A stretch of DNA of 64,000 bases from a virus (taxonomy: Duplodnaviria; Caudoviricetes): positions 40,298-104,297 of IMG/VR virus record IMGVR_UViG_3300028591_000012. One strand, 5' to 3'. This document shows positions 33,082-43,860 of this stretch, piece after piece. Both the position numbers and the translations under genes were made by a program. Position 1 is the first letter of the stretch. Each line of letters begins with the position of its first letter. The notes under the pieces are model-generated. The model was not told where the DNA came from and did no database searches. It was given only the letters and a program-made list of their open reading frames with translations.

Positions 33082-33828
33082 TTAATCTTCTATATCGTGA
33101 AATTTTTTATGACAGTTATTACATAATACGATTAAGTCTTTAAGGTTCTTTGCTTCATAACCGTGATTTTCATAAGTTTTATGATGTACATTTAAAAATC
33201 CTTTTGAGTTACATAATTCACACTTGAAACCGGCTTGTTGCTTTTTCTTTTGAGATACAGCAATCCAATATGGCGTTGAAAGAAACTCTTTGTATTCTAA
33301 AGTTTTAATGTTAGAAGCTACTAAGTCGCAATCTACATTTGCTAATTCGTCAAGAAGTAATGAAAAATATTTGTACGAAGGAATTCTTTGACTCCAACTT
33401 CTATTAGGATTTAAGTAAAGTTCAATGAATGTTTGTGTATTTTTAGTAATATTTTCTTTTATTTCGGCAGCTCTTTCAGCTGCTTCTTCTCGTTGTTTTT
33501 TGTATTTTTCATTTCTGCAGTTTTGACATTGAAAAACATATTTTTCTGAAACATATTCCATAAGTCTTGCTTTAGATAATTCTAAACCATAGATTTTATT
33601 ACAATCACAGCAATTCACATCAACGTAATATACAGCTCTATGATCTCCCTGGCCTAATCTTTCAAAGCAATCTGATACAGTTACAGTATTAGTTTCTTTT
33701 TGGATTTCCTTTAATTTAAGAAAAGCTTCATTGGAAATTTTTATACCGTTATTTATGAAGCATTTTTTCTGATACCTTGCGATACAATATTTTTCCATTT
33801 CTAAAAGTGTAGACATAGAAAGTTCCAT
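33082..33828 (-). CDS. HNH endonuclease-like protein
   Basis: YKEFLSTPYW, CELC...LNVHHKTY...DLIVLCNNCHKKFH. Confidence 0.8.
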   Translation of the reverse strand: MELSMSTLLEMEKYCIARYQKKCFINNGIKISNEAFLKLKEIQKETNTVTVSDCFERLGQGDHRAVYYVDVNCCDCNKIYGLELSKARLMEYVSEKYVFQCQNCRNEKYKKQREEAAERAAEIKENITKNTQTFIELYLNPNRSWSQRIPSYKYFSLLLDELANVDCDLVASNIKTLEYKEFLSTPYWIAVSQKKKQQAGFKCELCNSKGFLNVHHKTYENHGYEAKNLKDLIVLCNNCHKKFHDIED

Positions 33829-33853
33829 TTTATTTCCCCTCTTAAAAAATATA

Positions 33854-33990
33854 AAAGCCCATTAAGCACAGGCTTTCGGCTGAGAGACCGAAAGAATAAA
33901 CCTTATTCACCAGCAAATAAGGCTATCTTGCCTGTCCTTAATAGGCTCTTTTTCACTGGTGTTAGGGTTTCATTGTGGTTTCTCACGCCA
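33854..33990 (-). promoter_or_regulatory. Pseudoknotted attenuator-like leader
   Basis: Long outer stem with two internal hairpins; loop CACCAG 33908-33913 complements 33956-33961 and 33881-33889 complements 33977-33985. Confidence 0.55.
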
Positions 33991-35291
33991 CGTTTATAAT
34001 AGTAATCCTTAGAAAAAACGAGCTTAAATCCAATCAATTTTTTTTCCTTACGATTACAACTTTTTTCTTAGGGAAATATTCAGTAACGAAGTCTAAAACA
34101 TCGTGTACGTCACAGAAGCTTCTTACTACGTCTATATCCTTACCTACGCACATACATTCAACCTTGTCAGTCTTGTAGTCATAGATAAGGCGTATAGAAC
34201 GGTCCATAGTCTTAAACCACGCTGTAGTAAGTTCATTCTTTACATCTTCATCAGTAAATTCAAACCTTACTTCCATAACCTGCGGCAAATCAGCTACTGC
34301 AGCAATTGCGTGTCTGAAATTTGCCATAGGCCAGTTTATTACTGGCCTTACGTGGTCTACTTTCGGGTCCTTTTCATCAAGAGCCTTCTTCAAAGCCATT
34401 TTAATTTTGTTTCTTGTAATCATTTCCAACCCCCATTGCCTTTGATGGACACGGCATAGTTTATATATTTTCTGTACATTCTAAGGTTTCCCCTTTCCTT
34501 ATATTTCTCTGCACAGATCAAGCAGTATTCATATTCTGTCATCACGCGCACCTCAACAAAGCAAGCTTTAATCTTTCAATAACTGAAGTTCCTGGAATAC
34601 CGTAAGAATCCAAGAGTGAAGTAATCTCATTATGTTCAATTCTCAGTTTCTCAAGTTCTTCTTTATCAGCTTTGTCTTCAGCTTCAAATTCATCAAACAT
34701 TTCCTTAAGCTGAGTTTCTTCGTAACCCATAAGTTTTTTTAATTCATCTGCCTGTCCGTCCATTAAGCTACCTCCATATATTTAAGTGATTCTGTAAAGA
34801 ACTTAATCTGTTCCTTGCAGAACTCAACCGGCTTACCGTTTTCGAGAACATCTACTAATGTTGATACGCCTTTTGAATAACGTGAAAGTGGATGGCATAC
34901 TGAATCATCAAGTAATGTCTCACCTTTTTTTCCAATCTGTTTGATAAAGAAGCCGCGGTCAATGTTATCACCAAGCCAGCAGTAATGTACCGTTACTTCA
35001 ACTGTAAGGTCATCTTCCGTGATTCTGAACTTGCATCCGAAATCACCACTCATATCGTATTCTGATTCATCAGATACTTCGTAATTCTTTTTAAGTTCTT
35101 CTGTTACTTCCCTTATTGCTGCAGGGATAAAGTCAGTTTCAAATCTGTTTAAACATTTCATATTTTCGCCTTCAAAAGTCATATTCTCCTCCAAAAATAA
35201 AGTCTTTGTACGTCGTCTGGAACATCGCAGGGGTGAGTTTTGGGAACTAACTGCGACTATCACACATACCGCCCGACAAGGCTATGTATGC

Positions 35292-35891
35292 TTACGCTGT
35301 TTTTTGGGATTCAATCCAAGCTATAGTATTTTTTATTCCTTCAAGATTTTTATTTGTTATGTACAGTTTTGCTTTTGTAAGATAGCCACCTTGAAGTAAT
35401 CCGTCATTGATGTATGATTCAAGCTTTATTGTCTGATTGATAAGCTCACTGTCATCAGCTGGTCCTTTGTTGTTAGACTCTTTTGGAGTAAAAGCTTTAT
35501 CACTTGCATCTACATCTTTATCACCTGTAATGCCAAATGCAGAAATAAGAGCATAACGTCTGAAGTAAGTAATTGCGGCTCCACCTGCCTGTGTTTTGTT
35601 TACACCCTTCATATCAGTAATCGGGAACTCAGCAGTTTCTTCAAGCCATTCACCAGATTCGTGCATAATTCGTGTTGTAAGTCCTACTGTTATACCGTTA
35701 TTACCACCTACAGGTAATTGAATATATGAAAGACCAAACTCAGGAAGAGTTGCTTTCAACATATCAATAATTTTTTCGAGCGGAATATAATCATATCCAT
35801 AACCTTTTGAACTTGGATAAAGATTTGAGATTTTTGTCTGTGCCTTACAAAGTGCGGTTGCAAGATTTTTAATTGATTCTGAACTCTTCAT
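35292..35891 (-). CDS. erf: ERF-family single-strand annealing recombinase
   Basis: TRIMHESGEWLE, QAGGAAITYFRRYAL...GDKDVDA. Confidence 0.9.
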   Translation of the reverse strand: MKSSESIKNLATALCKAQTKISNLYPSSKGYGYDYIPLEKIIDMLKATLPEFGLSYIQLPVGGNNGITVGLTTRIMHESGEWLEETAEFPITDMKGVNKTQAGGAAITYFRRYALISAFGITGDKDVDASDKAFTPKESNNKGPADDSELINQTIKLESYINDGLLQGGYLTKAKLYITNKNLEGIKNTIAWIESQKTA

Positions 35892-36171
35892 ATTTTTCTC
35901 CTATTTCAGATTTAATTTCCTTTTCAAACCATTCACCAATCTTCTTAAATTTTTCTAAGAAAGGTGAACCAACCCAGAAGTCAGTTATCTTTTTAATAAC
36001 CTCATTCATATCTGCCTCCAAAAAAGAAGCCCCTCGAATTGTCGTGTTATTCGAGGGGCTAAGTCTTCATAACTAGAAGCTCATCACAAAAGCGATGAAT
36101 GAACACGACACACATTCATTGCTCTTTAATTCCAATTTTAAGACAGAATAAAATCCTTCTTAAATCCAACG

Positions 36172-36307
36172 GAAAGCTGTTGTCACCGTTCTCTCAGATT
36201 TTGTGACCTTTCGGGTTCAATGCCTGCGGACCCGTGAAAGAACGGAAACAACCGCTTTCAAGCGGCGGCGTTCAGCTCGCCGCGATAAGGCTCTGTCAAG
36301 CCTTATC
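36172..36307. ncRNA. Structured intergenic RNA candidate (long stem plus two hairpins)
   Basis: GAAAGC/GCTTTC, GTTGT/ACAAC, CCGTTCT/AGAACGG, CGGGTTC/GGACCCG nested; then GCGGCG/CGCCGC and GATAAGGCT/AGCCTTATC. Confidence 0.5.
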
Positions 36308-36420
36308 TATAGGTTAACCTATAGATTTTTTTATAAATTGGTTATATAACCAACTCTATATATATTTATAATGTTATATTACCAATTAGTCAAGTAATAA
36401 ATTGTTTAAGTAACCAATTT
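36305..36420. promoter_or_regulatory. Second operator/promoter region
   Basis: Palindromes ATCTATAGGTTAACCTATAGAT (36305-36326) and TTGGTTATATAACCAA (36338-36353), degenerate copies, and - strand TTGACT-N17-TATAAA. Confidence 0.6.
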
Positions 36421-36440
36421 ATTTATCCGATAATAGTTAT

Positions 36441-36719
36441 ATGAATAACTTTGAAGAGTTCTATGAACGTGTAAAACAAATCTCAAAAACTCAAAATAAG
36501 AGTGTTAGAACAGTTATTGAAGATTGTGGTATCAATTATGATTCTTACAATTCTTATAAACGTTACGGTAATCTTCCTCGTTCTGATGAAGCAGTAGCTA
36601 TTGCAAAGGCTTTGAATACTACGGTTGAATATCTTGTTACAGGAGAGCTTACTGATTCGATAGCAGAATTGAGCGAGCTAAAAAAGAAAGTTTTAGAGTT
36701 CGCCCAGTCCGTTCAATGA
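36441..36719 (+). CDS. XRE-family HTH regulator
   Basis: LPRSDEAVAIAKALNTTVEYLVTG. Confidence 0.85.
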   Translation: MNNFEEFYERVKQISKTQNKSVRTVIEDCGINYDSYNSYKRYGNLPRSDEAVAIAKALNTTVEYLVTGELTDSIAELSELKKKVLEFAQSVQ

Positions 36720-36720
36720 A

Positions 36721-37356
36721 TTAAGCTGGTAACATCTGGCACTTTTGTTGTAATGCGTAAGCTACAGTTTTACTGGCATTTACACATACAGGATTTACCT
36801 CGTGATAACCGTATTCATTTTCAAGCATAAGGCTTGCCATTGCTTCACTTGCTTTTACTGCTTTTAGCTCTTTTACACTCATATCTTTTTTCTTATTAGA
36901 AATACCAAGCACTTTTTTCATTGCATTTGTTGTGTTGATATACTCATAAGAGTGCTGATAACCACGTGTTTCAAGTTCATCGGTAAAAGCTTTTCTTATT
37001 TCAATTGATTTGGCTCTAACCTGCTTATATTCAAGCGAGCTTCGTTCACGAAATTTCTTTTCAACTTCTATGAAATATTGGCGAACGCGTTTTCCGATTT
37101 CAGAACGTTGAATCATACAGATTTCTTTTGCCATATCAATCGTAAGAATGTAATCTACTGTTATCTGCTCTCCACCAAGGGTTGCTCTTTTTTGAGCATA
37201 CCTTTTGAAGTCTTCATTTTCAGTAAAACCATATTCACACATACGATTAAACCAGGTATCAAATCTTGTCTTGATACAAAGCTTGTTGTGTAAATCCTTT
37301 GCAGATACATACTGCAAACCATTCCGTGAAGTAACCTTAATAGTTAACTCGTTCAT
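36721..37356 (-). CDS. AntA/AntB antirepressor-family protein
   Basis: VSAKDLH...F.TWFNRMCEYGFTENEDF...DYILTIDMAKEICMIQRSEIGKRVRQYFI. Confidence 0.9.
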   Translation of the reverse strand: MNELTIKVTSRNGLQYVSAKDLHNKLCIKTRFDTWFNRMCEYGFTENEDFKRYAQKRATLGGEQITVDYILTIDMAKEICMIQRSEIGKRVRQYFIEVEKKFRERSSLEYKQVRAKSIEIRKAFTDELETRGYQHSYEYINTTNAMKKVLGISNKKKDMSVKELKAVKASEAMASLMLENEYGYHEVNPVCVNASKTVAYALQQKCQMLPA

Positions 37357-37380
37357 ACTGCCTTCCTTTGAGCAATAAAA

Positions 37381-37514
37381 AAACCTTTATTTTGAAGACT
37401 TGTCGGCTCGTTACCTCCGAAACAGACCCACTATGAAAAGTCTGTATACAAATCCTCAAGATAAAGGTTTCTTCTGCTCATAGTGTAATGTCACGTGGAT
37501 TAACGAATATCCAC
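37381..37514 (-). promoter_or_regulatory. Pseudoknotted attenuator-like leader
   Basis: Outer stem AAACCTTTATTTTGA/TCAAGATAAAGGTTT; loop CACTATGA 37429-37436 complements 37478-37485; TCGTTA 37408-37413 complements 37501-37506. Confidence 0.6.
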
Positions 37515-37938
37515 GCTTTTAGTATGGCACTAATAAAAAACGAGCTTAAACTTTCAAAGAACTTTAGGGCCACAAACGTGACCCATTGTCTAACTACTCT
37601 TCAAGAAGGTCGTAAGCTTTTGCACTGTATGACATAATTTCATCAGCCATAGTCAAAGCTATGCTTCCGGCAGAAATGTTTGCTTCATCAAGGCTTATTG
37701 CTCTTGCAAAGTCCTCAATCTTTCTCAGACAATCCTGTACTTTCTTTGTAATCGTGTCTTTCATATAAAAACCTCTCTTTGTTTGATTAGCCATCTAACT
37801 GACGGCAAGAGGGACAATTGACAGACCGCCTAAGACCCTCTCGCTATGTAGCGTTTACAAGGGAATCTTAGTGAGAAAGTATAATTTGAATCGAGTTTAA
37901 TTTGCTTGAATCGTTACTTGAATTGCTTCAAGATGGTA

Positions 37939-38586
37939 TTAAACCTTTTTGAATTGTTCTTTGTATTTGTTTACGAGGTCATTTGTATTGTCACACATAT
38001 TTCTTTCCCTGGCATTTTTAAGTTTCTGACTTATTGTCTGCTGTGAAAACAGGTCTATTTCTTTCTGTAACTTACCTTCTGCAAGTTCTGATAAAATAGC
38101 CTTTTCACTGTCAGTCAGATTTAATACGGCAGGTTTATTTACGGCAAATACATAAGACATCTTAGTGTAGAACATAAAGATGTATGTTACGTGAATAAGG
38201 AACGGTATTATTCCCAGACGTTTAAGAGTGAATGAGATAACAACATTTACCAAGTAAATCCACGGAGCAAGCTTCTTTATCTTAGGGTTAGCACCTATCG
38301 CGATCAGCATAAAGAAAATAGTTGCATAGTTGTAGAAGTTATTTATGTATACTAAAGTACAGGAATAAATAACAAGAGCATAACTTAATCCTTTTCTTCC
38401 GAATAAGAATATCATTAGTGCAATAAGTCCACAGCCACCTGCTCGCAAGTACCAGTGATATTCAACATTACCTACATAATTTTCATATACGTGAAGAGCA
38501 ATAAGCAGTAAGTGAAGAAGAAATATTTTTAATAATTCCTTGTCATTTTTAAGAAGCTCTATCCTTGATTTAATCCATTTAAACAT
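37939..38586 (-). CDS. Multi-TM protein with C-terminal LuxR-like HTH
   Basis: Hydrophobic N-terminal region then LTDSEKAILSELAEGKLQKEI...SQQTISQKLKNAR. Confidence 0.65.
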   Translation of the reverse strand: MFKWIKSRIELLKNDKELLKIFLLHLLLIALHVYENYVGNVEYHWYLRAGGCGLIALMIFLFGRKGLSYALVIYSCTLVYINNFYNYATIFFMLIAIGANPKIKKLAPWIYLVNVVISFTLKRLGIIPFLIHVTYIFMFYTKMSYVFAVNKPAVLNLTDSEKAILSELAEGKLQKEIDLFSQQTISQKLKNARERNMCDNTNDLVNKYKEQFKKV

Positions 38587-39158
38587 AAATACCTCTTTTA
38601 ATTATCGACACTGAAATAAGATTTCATTAAATGCTTCGCATACCTCCTAAATTAACATCAAAGTCCGGCAGAGGATTTTCTGCTGAATACCACAGATGAA
38701 GACAATGCTCGGCAATGTTGACGTAGTGTGCTTCATCAGGAAATACCATAATTGACTTCTTATCAGTTCCAATAAAATCCTTTCTTACGAGCTGAATATC
38801 CTTATAGTCTGGAATTCTGCTTTTTCTGCTGAATGATACGTGCAGCCATTCAATGCCTTTGTATTTCATAGGAGATATGATTACGCGTATACCGTTGAAG
38901 TCAAATGCGCGGATGTAATCATCTGCCTTGTCTGATAATAGACTGTAAAGACTTACCCTTGTCTGTTTCCAGTAGTTAGGAACATTCGGAAAGAACTGTG
39001 ATTCTGAAATCTTTACGTTTTCAACTTCACCGCCACCAGGAAATGAATAGTCACCTTTTATTCCCATTTTTTTACGTAGCAGTTCAATTCCCTGCTCTTC
39101 CTGTTCTTTAGTTAGTTGTTTCATTGTTTTTTCCTCTGTATAAGTTTGTAATCACCTC

Positions 39159-39524
39159 TTACTCCTCTCTTACGTTTGAAAGATGTATAGCATATACAGG
39201 CTTATCTATTGCAAGGTCTGTGTCTTTACCGTCAATAATCTCAATCTTCGTGATGTTGGCAATCATATACTTATTTATGTAGCCGAGACGAAGTTTGCAT
39301 TTTAACTTTGCATCTTTTTCACATAAAACAAAATGCCCTCCGTTCCAGCTGTCACCGCAAGAAACTTCAATTTTACAATGGCTTCCAAATCGTCTTTCAT
39401 ATTCTTTTGAAAGTTCTGAACAAATTCTTTTAGTCCAATAAGGCTTTACTTCACGGTATTCAACAGTCTTTTCACCAGACTTAATTTTTTCATACCATTG
39501 TTTTTTAAGTGGAAATATCAGCAT
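39159..39524 (-). CDS. ASCH-domain protein
   Basis: LKKQWYEKIKSGEKTVEYREVKPYW. Confidence 0.85.
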   Translation of the reverse strand: MLIFPLKKQWYEKIKSGEKTVEYREVKPYWTKRICSELSKEYERRFGSHCKIEVSCGDSWNGGHFVLCEKDAKLKCKLRLGYINKYMIANITKIEIIDGKDTDLAIDKPVYAIHLSNVREE

Positions 39525-42001
39525 TTTTTTATTCCTCCTTTATACATTTACTTTCTGGAGATATTTAGTCCAAAATCCGCCGCTAAAACCTTTCAACATA
39601 ACCAATTCTGTTCCATAATTATCCCAAGAATCAGAATCACATTCCCATATTTTGCCTTCGTTTTCTTTGGCTTCTATACAAGTATGCATTACAACCTTAT
39701 CACCTTTTGAAAGTATGTTTACTCCTTTCCTTTTTCTGTGATTACGACTTTTAATATATTCTCTTGTCATTAAATCAGTCCATATATCAAGAGAAACAAG
39801 AACAGTATCATATTCTTTATACTGTTTCCAAAATGCTGTAATACTTGTTATTTTTTCATCAATTACAGGATAACGTTTATAATGACTAAAGAATTCTTCT
39901 TCACTATAAAGCTCACATTTATCAAGAATTGCAGTGTAATTTGAAAAACACCTATCTTCTTGATCTAAAGTTCTTTTATATCCCCAAAGCATAAAACAAT
40001 TCTTTGTAGAATGTTTCATTGAAACAGCAATGTATTTTCTTTCAGATTTGTTCATTTTTTTACTCCTTTTTTCTTATAGTATTTTTCAACTTCTTCTAAC
40101 GACTGAAACTCTTTTCCTGCATATCCTTTTTCATTTTCTTCAGTAAACATAATCATCCTGTCAAAAACTGCATATCCTGCATGTATCTTGGGATATTTCT
40201 TTTGGACGCACAAAGTCAGTTCCTCATTAGCAAGAACAAATTTGTCAAACTGTTTTTCAACTTTCCTACACAACTGTTTTACATCATTCTTGAAGGTATC
40301 TTTAACAGTATCTTTTCTCACCTGCTTTCTGCCTAATCCTAACTCCTGCTTTATCTCTTCCCAATCATTGATGTCATCTGCACCAGGCTCAAAGCGTCTG
40401 TTTGCTACTTCCTTGATTTTATCGTACAGTTTTGGGTTCCATTTTCTGACGTTATAGCTCCATAAAAAAGCAACGTGTATCTGCAAGTCATTCGGCTGTT
40501 TTATAAAATTGCAATCTACATCCATTGTAAGTATTCTGTCACAAAGCCATCCTGCCCTTTGTTGCCAGTTTCCATCTATGTAATAAACCCTGAAAATCGA
40601 AGTCAAGATTTTATTTTTAAGCCATAAGTTCTCACAGGTTTCTTTTGCTTTGGAGAGTGAATTAAAACATAATTCTTCTGGAAGTGGGCCGCCTCCAAAA
40701 CATCCGTCTTTTTGAACAAAATACTTAAAGGGCGGTTTTATTGCCATTTCAATTATTCTATTTTCTGTCATTTCTTCTCCTCGTAATATTCGCATTTTCT
40801 TGGTTCATATCCTGGAATGATAATTTTTCCAGAATGTTCACAACCAACACTCCGTGTAAGTTCTCTTGAGTTTTTACAAGAGTAACACAAAGGTTTGTCA
40901 GTATTTTTATTTCTATCCATCCGTTCTAATGCTGTCATTTCTTACTCCTTAGAGCTTCTTCAAGAAATTCTCTTTTATTCTCTTCATCCATAGAACGATA
41001 TACGTAATACAGAGTATCTTTCTTCATTCCAGGAAAGTGATGTCCGTGGTCTTTTACCCACTGTTCAAAAGCGATATTATCTTCTTCTTTTGTCATTTAG
41101 CTTCTACCTCTACGTTATCTGGAATGTTTTTATCCTTGTTTACTCTGTCGCATATCTGTTGAGCAAGTTCTTTTGAATCGAATACTGTATGACGAACATT
41201 GTAGTTATCACTGATATTGAATTCTTCTGCAGGACCTTTCCAAACATCCCGTGCTGTATAAGTGATACTGTCACCATAACTCTCGTATCTCACAGCCCAT
41301 TTTTCACTCTTAATGAATGGTTCATTAGAGAATCTGATTTTAATAGCGTCTGCAGGTTTTACAAAATAAGCAAAATACTGCTTTCCACAAGTTGGGCACC
41401 CTTCTGTGCAATCTCGTCCACTTGGTGATTTAAAATGTATCAAACGCTTTTCATCACATTTATCACATTTAGGGAGATAAGCAGACTTGCTATCAATGCA
41501 ATATAAATGCTCATTGAAATCTGCAATCGTTGTGAGTTCAGTTATTTTTTTACGAGCAAGAGAACGCATCATCTCATCTTCTTTGATATTAAACTGACGT
41601 TTTTTATCTTCATAATCCTGCTTGATCTTGTCAAAGTTTTCTTTTACTTCTTGAAGTTTTTCGTTCTCTTTTTTAAGACGAGCCATTTCATTAAGTATTT
41701 CTTCTTTGACAGTTTTTCGTAATCCTTCTTTGAACTCTTCGATTGCTATGTCAAAATCAGAAGGTCCTTCATTATAAAAATCTTCCCACATAATTATTCC
41801 TCCTTAACCGTTATAAACACTGCGGTATTGTTTGCTTCTATTTCTAAAACTTCTGCATTTTTTATTGGTAAGTCTTTAATCTTATTGTTATCTTTTTTAG
41901 CTAAGCTTTTACCTTCTTCATTGAAGACGTAAAAGAAACTTGGATTCCATTTTACTTCAGCAAGTTCATATAACTTCATATTTTCCTCCTCCAAAAAAAG
42001 T

Positions 42002-42268
42002 GCCTAGACTGACTACTCCATTGAGACTGTGAACCGAGAGGTCTCTAGCACCTATGCTTACTGCCACTTTTCAGCTTTACCACAGACTACTCGTATTTCA
42101 ATACTCAAACGCAATCTGTTTACAGTGCCGTTTCGTCCTAGCACGAGCGACTAAGCAGATATTACGGGTTCCCCCCAACCTTATCACAAGGGTAAGGATT
42201 TGGCTCTTGTCCACTGCACATAGCTTCACCAGATACAGCTATGCCTCTCGTTCCAGGCTTGCTAGTCT
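42002..42268 (-). ncRNA. Structured ncRNA candidate (~265 nt)
   Basis: Nested pairings 42002-42008/42252-42258, 42035-42041/42244-42250, 42082-42088/42113-42119, 42219-42225/42237-42243; mismatches become G-U on the - strand. Confidence 0.55.
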
Positions 42269-42328
42269 TCCAATTCCTCAACTGTTTTTGTAAGGTCTTC
42301 GTGTTTATTGGCAACTTTTAGACCTTTA

Positions 42329-42421
42329 TGGGGATGAAGGGAATCGAACCACTTACAGAAACCTAGGATAATCGACTGTATTACGCACTACAGCCTTGCT
42401 TTTCCAATTGCATACATCCCC
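42329..42421 (-). tRNA. Non-canonical tRNA-like element (aberrant anticodon arm)
   Basis: GGGGATG/CATCCCC acceptor, TGC-AATTGGAAAA-GCA D-arm, GGTTCGATTCC T-loop; anticodon arm is a 7-bp stem with an 8-nt loop. Confidence 0.55.
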
Positions 42422-43059
42422 GAATTTTAACCTGTGAGAAATTCCCACAGGTTATTGTTTTTACTTTTCGTTTGCAGAACTTGCTTCATCAATGCCTTTT
42501 TCTTTAAGAAGTGCGCGGACCATATCAATCGTCTTACTCATTTCTTCAATACTTCTTTCCGGTGTATCGTATTCGCAGGTCAGATCAAACTGTGCCTTTC
42601 CTTTGGCATTAAGACTGATGTTAATTCTTGTTCTTGTGTTTGTTTCGTTTACTTTTGTTTCTTCCATAATTTAATCTCCTTTTATTTTTAGTTTTCTAAA
42701 GCTAGTTTTTGATATATAGAATTAGCTCTGTCAATGCAGACTATATTCCCTCTTCCACGGTCACGGTAATATCGCATATACCTCCTTATAGTTTCGCCTT
42801 CTGTATTCTTACATAAAGGCTCAATTGCAGCACACATAATAGGTAACTCAGAACCTGAGAACTGCTGACCTATTTCCATTTCATCAAGAATCTTATCAAC
42901 AGCTTTCCTGATTTCCTTGTGAGCCTTCTTTTTTGGCAATGAACTGCAAAATGGTGATACCTTTTCCATAATTTTTCCTCCCGAATAAAAAAAAAAGGCG
43001 TACAGGACTAAGCCTATACGCCTTTAATTTTTTGGTCACATCAGAACTTAATCTGATAT

Positions 43060-43126
43060 AACTATAGTTTACTATAATAAACTTGTCAAGTATTATAATA
43101 AACTTTATAATTTACAATTATAAACT
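43060..43126 (-). promoter_or_regulatory. Promoter with AGTTTA-N6-TAAACT operator
   Basis: TTGACA (43089-43084)-N17-TATAGT; operator 43066-43083 plus degenerate copies. Confidence 0.7.
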
Positions 43127-43155
43127 GTTGTCTGAAATAGTAGACATACTTAGAA

Positions 43156-43860
43156 TTACTTCATAGCTTTCCAGCTGTCTACATCTAGCAGTTCCTTTCC
43201 AGCTTTTTTCGCGTGGTGTATTGTAGATATTGTACCGCCGGTAAGACCTGCAACTCCTCCTACATAGTTAGCTCTTTCTTTCTTAATGCGATTGCTAGAA
43301 GCCTCTGACAGATTGTAGTACTTACTGTCATTAAGATTTCTCTTGGAAGCAACGGTCAATGTTATTCCTGTGATTAAAAGTGATAACAGCAGAACCAAAA
43401 CTGCTCCTATCCACATATCAGCAGCAAACATAATAATCGTAATAATACCACCTATTATAAGCGGGACCCAAGCTGTTCCATTTCGTTTTACACAGGCAGA
43501 CTCAAAGATATCATCTTCATAATGTGATTTCATTTCCTGTGTTCTTTTTTCAACAAGGTGTTTTCTTTCATCAATCGACATACCCTGCATATCATCTGTG
43601 TAATATCCCATAATTTCCTCCAAAGCAGAATTTAAATAATCTTTGTATTCTTGAACTTCTTTGTTACTTTCTTCAAGAAGAAGTTCTCGTTCAGATTTTA
43701 TTGTTTTTAATTCAGCTTCTAGTTTTTTGTTTTTCTCAATCAGAGCTATTGCTTCTTTTACTTCTTTTGATTTTGTTCCTTTTTTGTATCTGACTGTACA
43801 GTTGTTACTTGTTATTTCAGTATCCCAATCAGGAAATTCAATGAAAATATTTTTTCCCAA
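43156..43860 (-). CDS. Coiled-coil, two-TM membrane protein
   Basis: ORF track; hydrophobic hairpin near residues 130-170. Confidence 0.5.
   Translation of the reverse strand: MGKNIFIEFPDWDTEITSNNCTVRYKKGTKSKEVKEAIALIEKNKKLEAELKTIKSERELLLEESNKEVQEYKDYLNSALEEIMGYYTDDMQGMSIDERKHLVEKRTQEMKSHYEDDIFESACVKRNGTAWVPLIIGGIITIIMFAADMWIGAVLVLLLSLLITGITLTVASKRNLNDSKYYNLSEASSNRIKKERANYVGGVAGLTGGTISTIHHAKKAGKELLDVDSWKAMK

Noticed and set aside
42120-42145. Hammerhead ribozyme suggested by GGACGAAAC on the - strand
   Set aside because: No correctly placed CTGANGA core.
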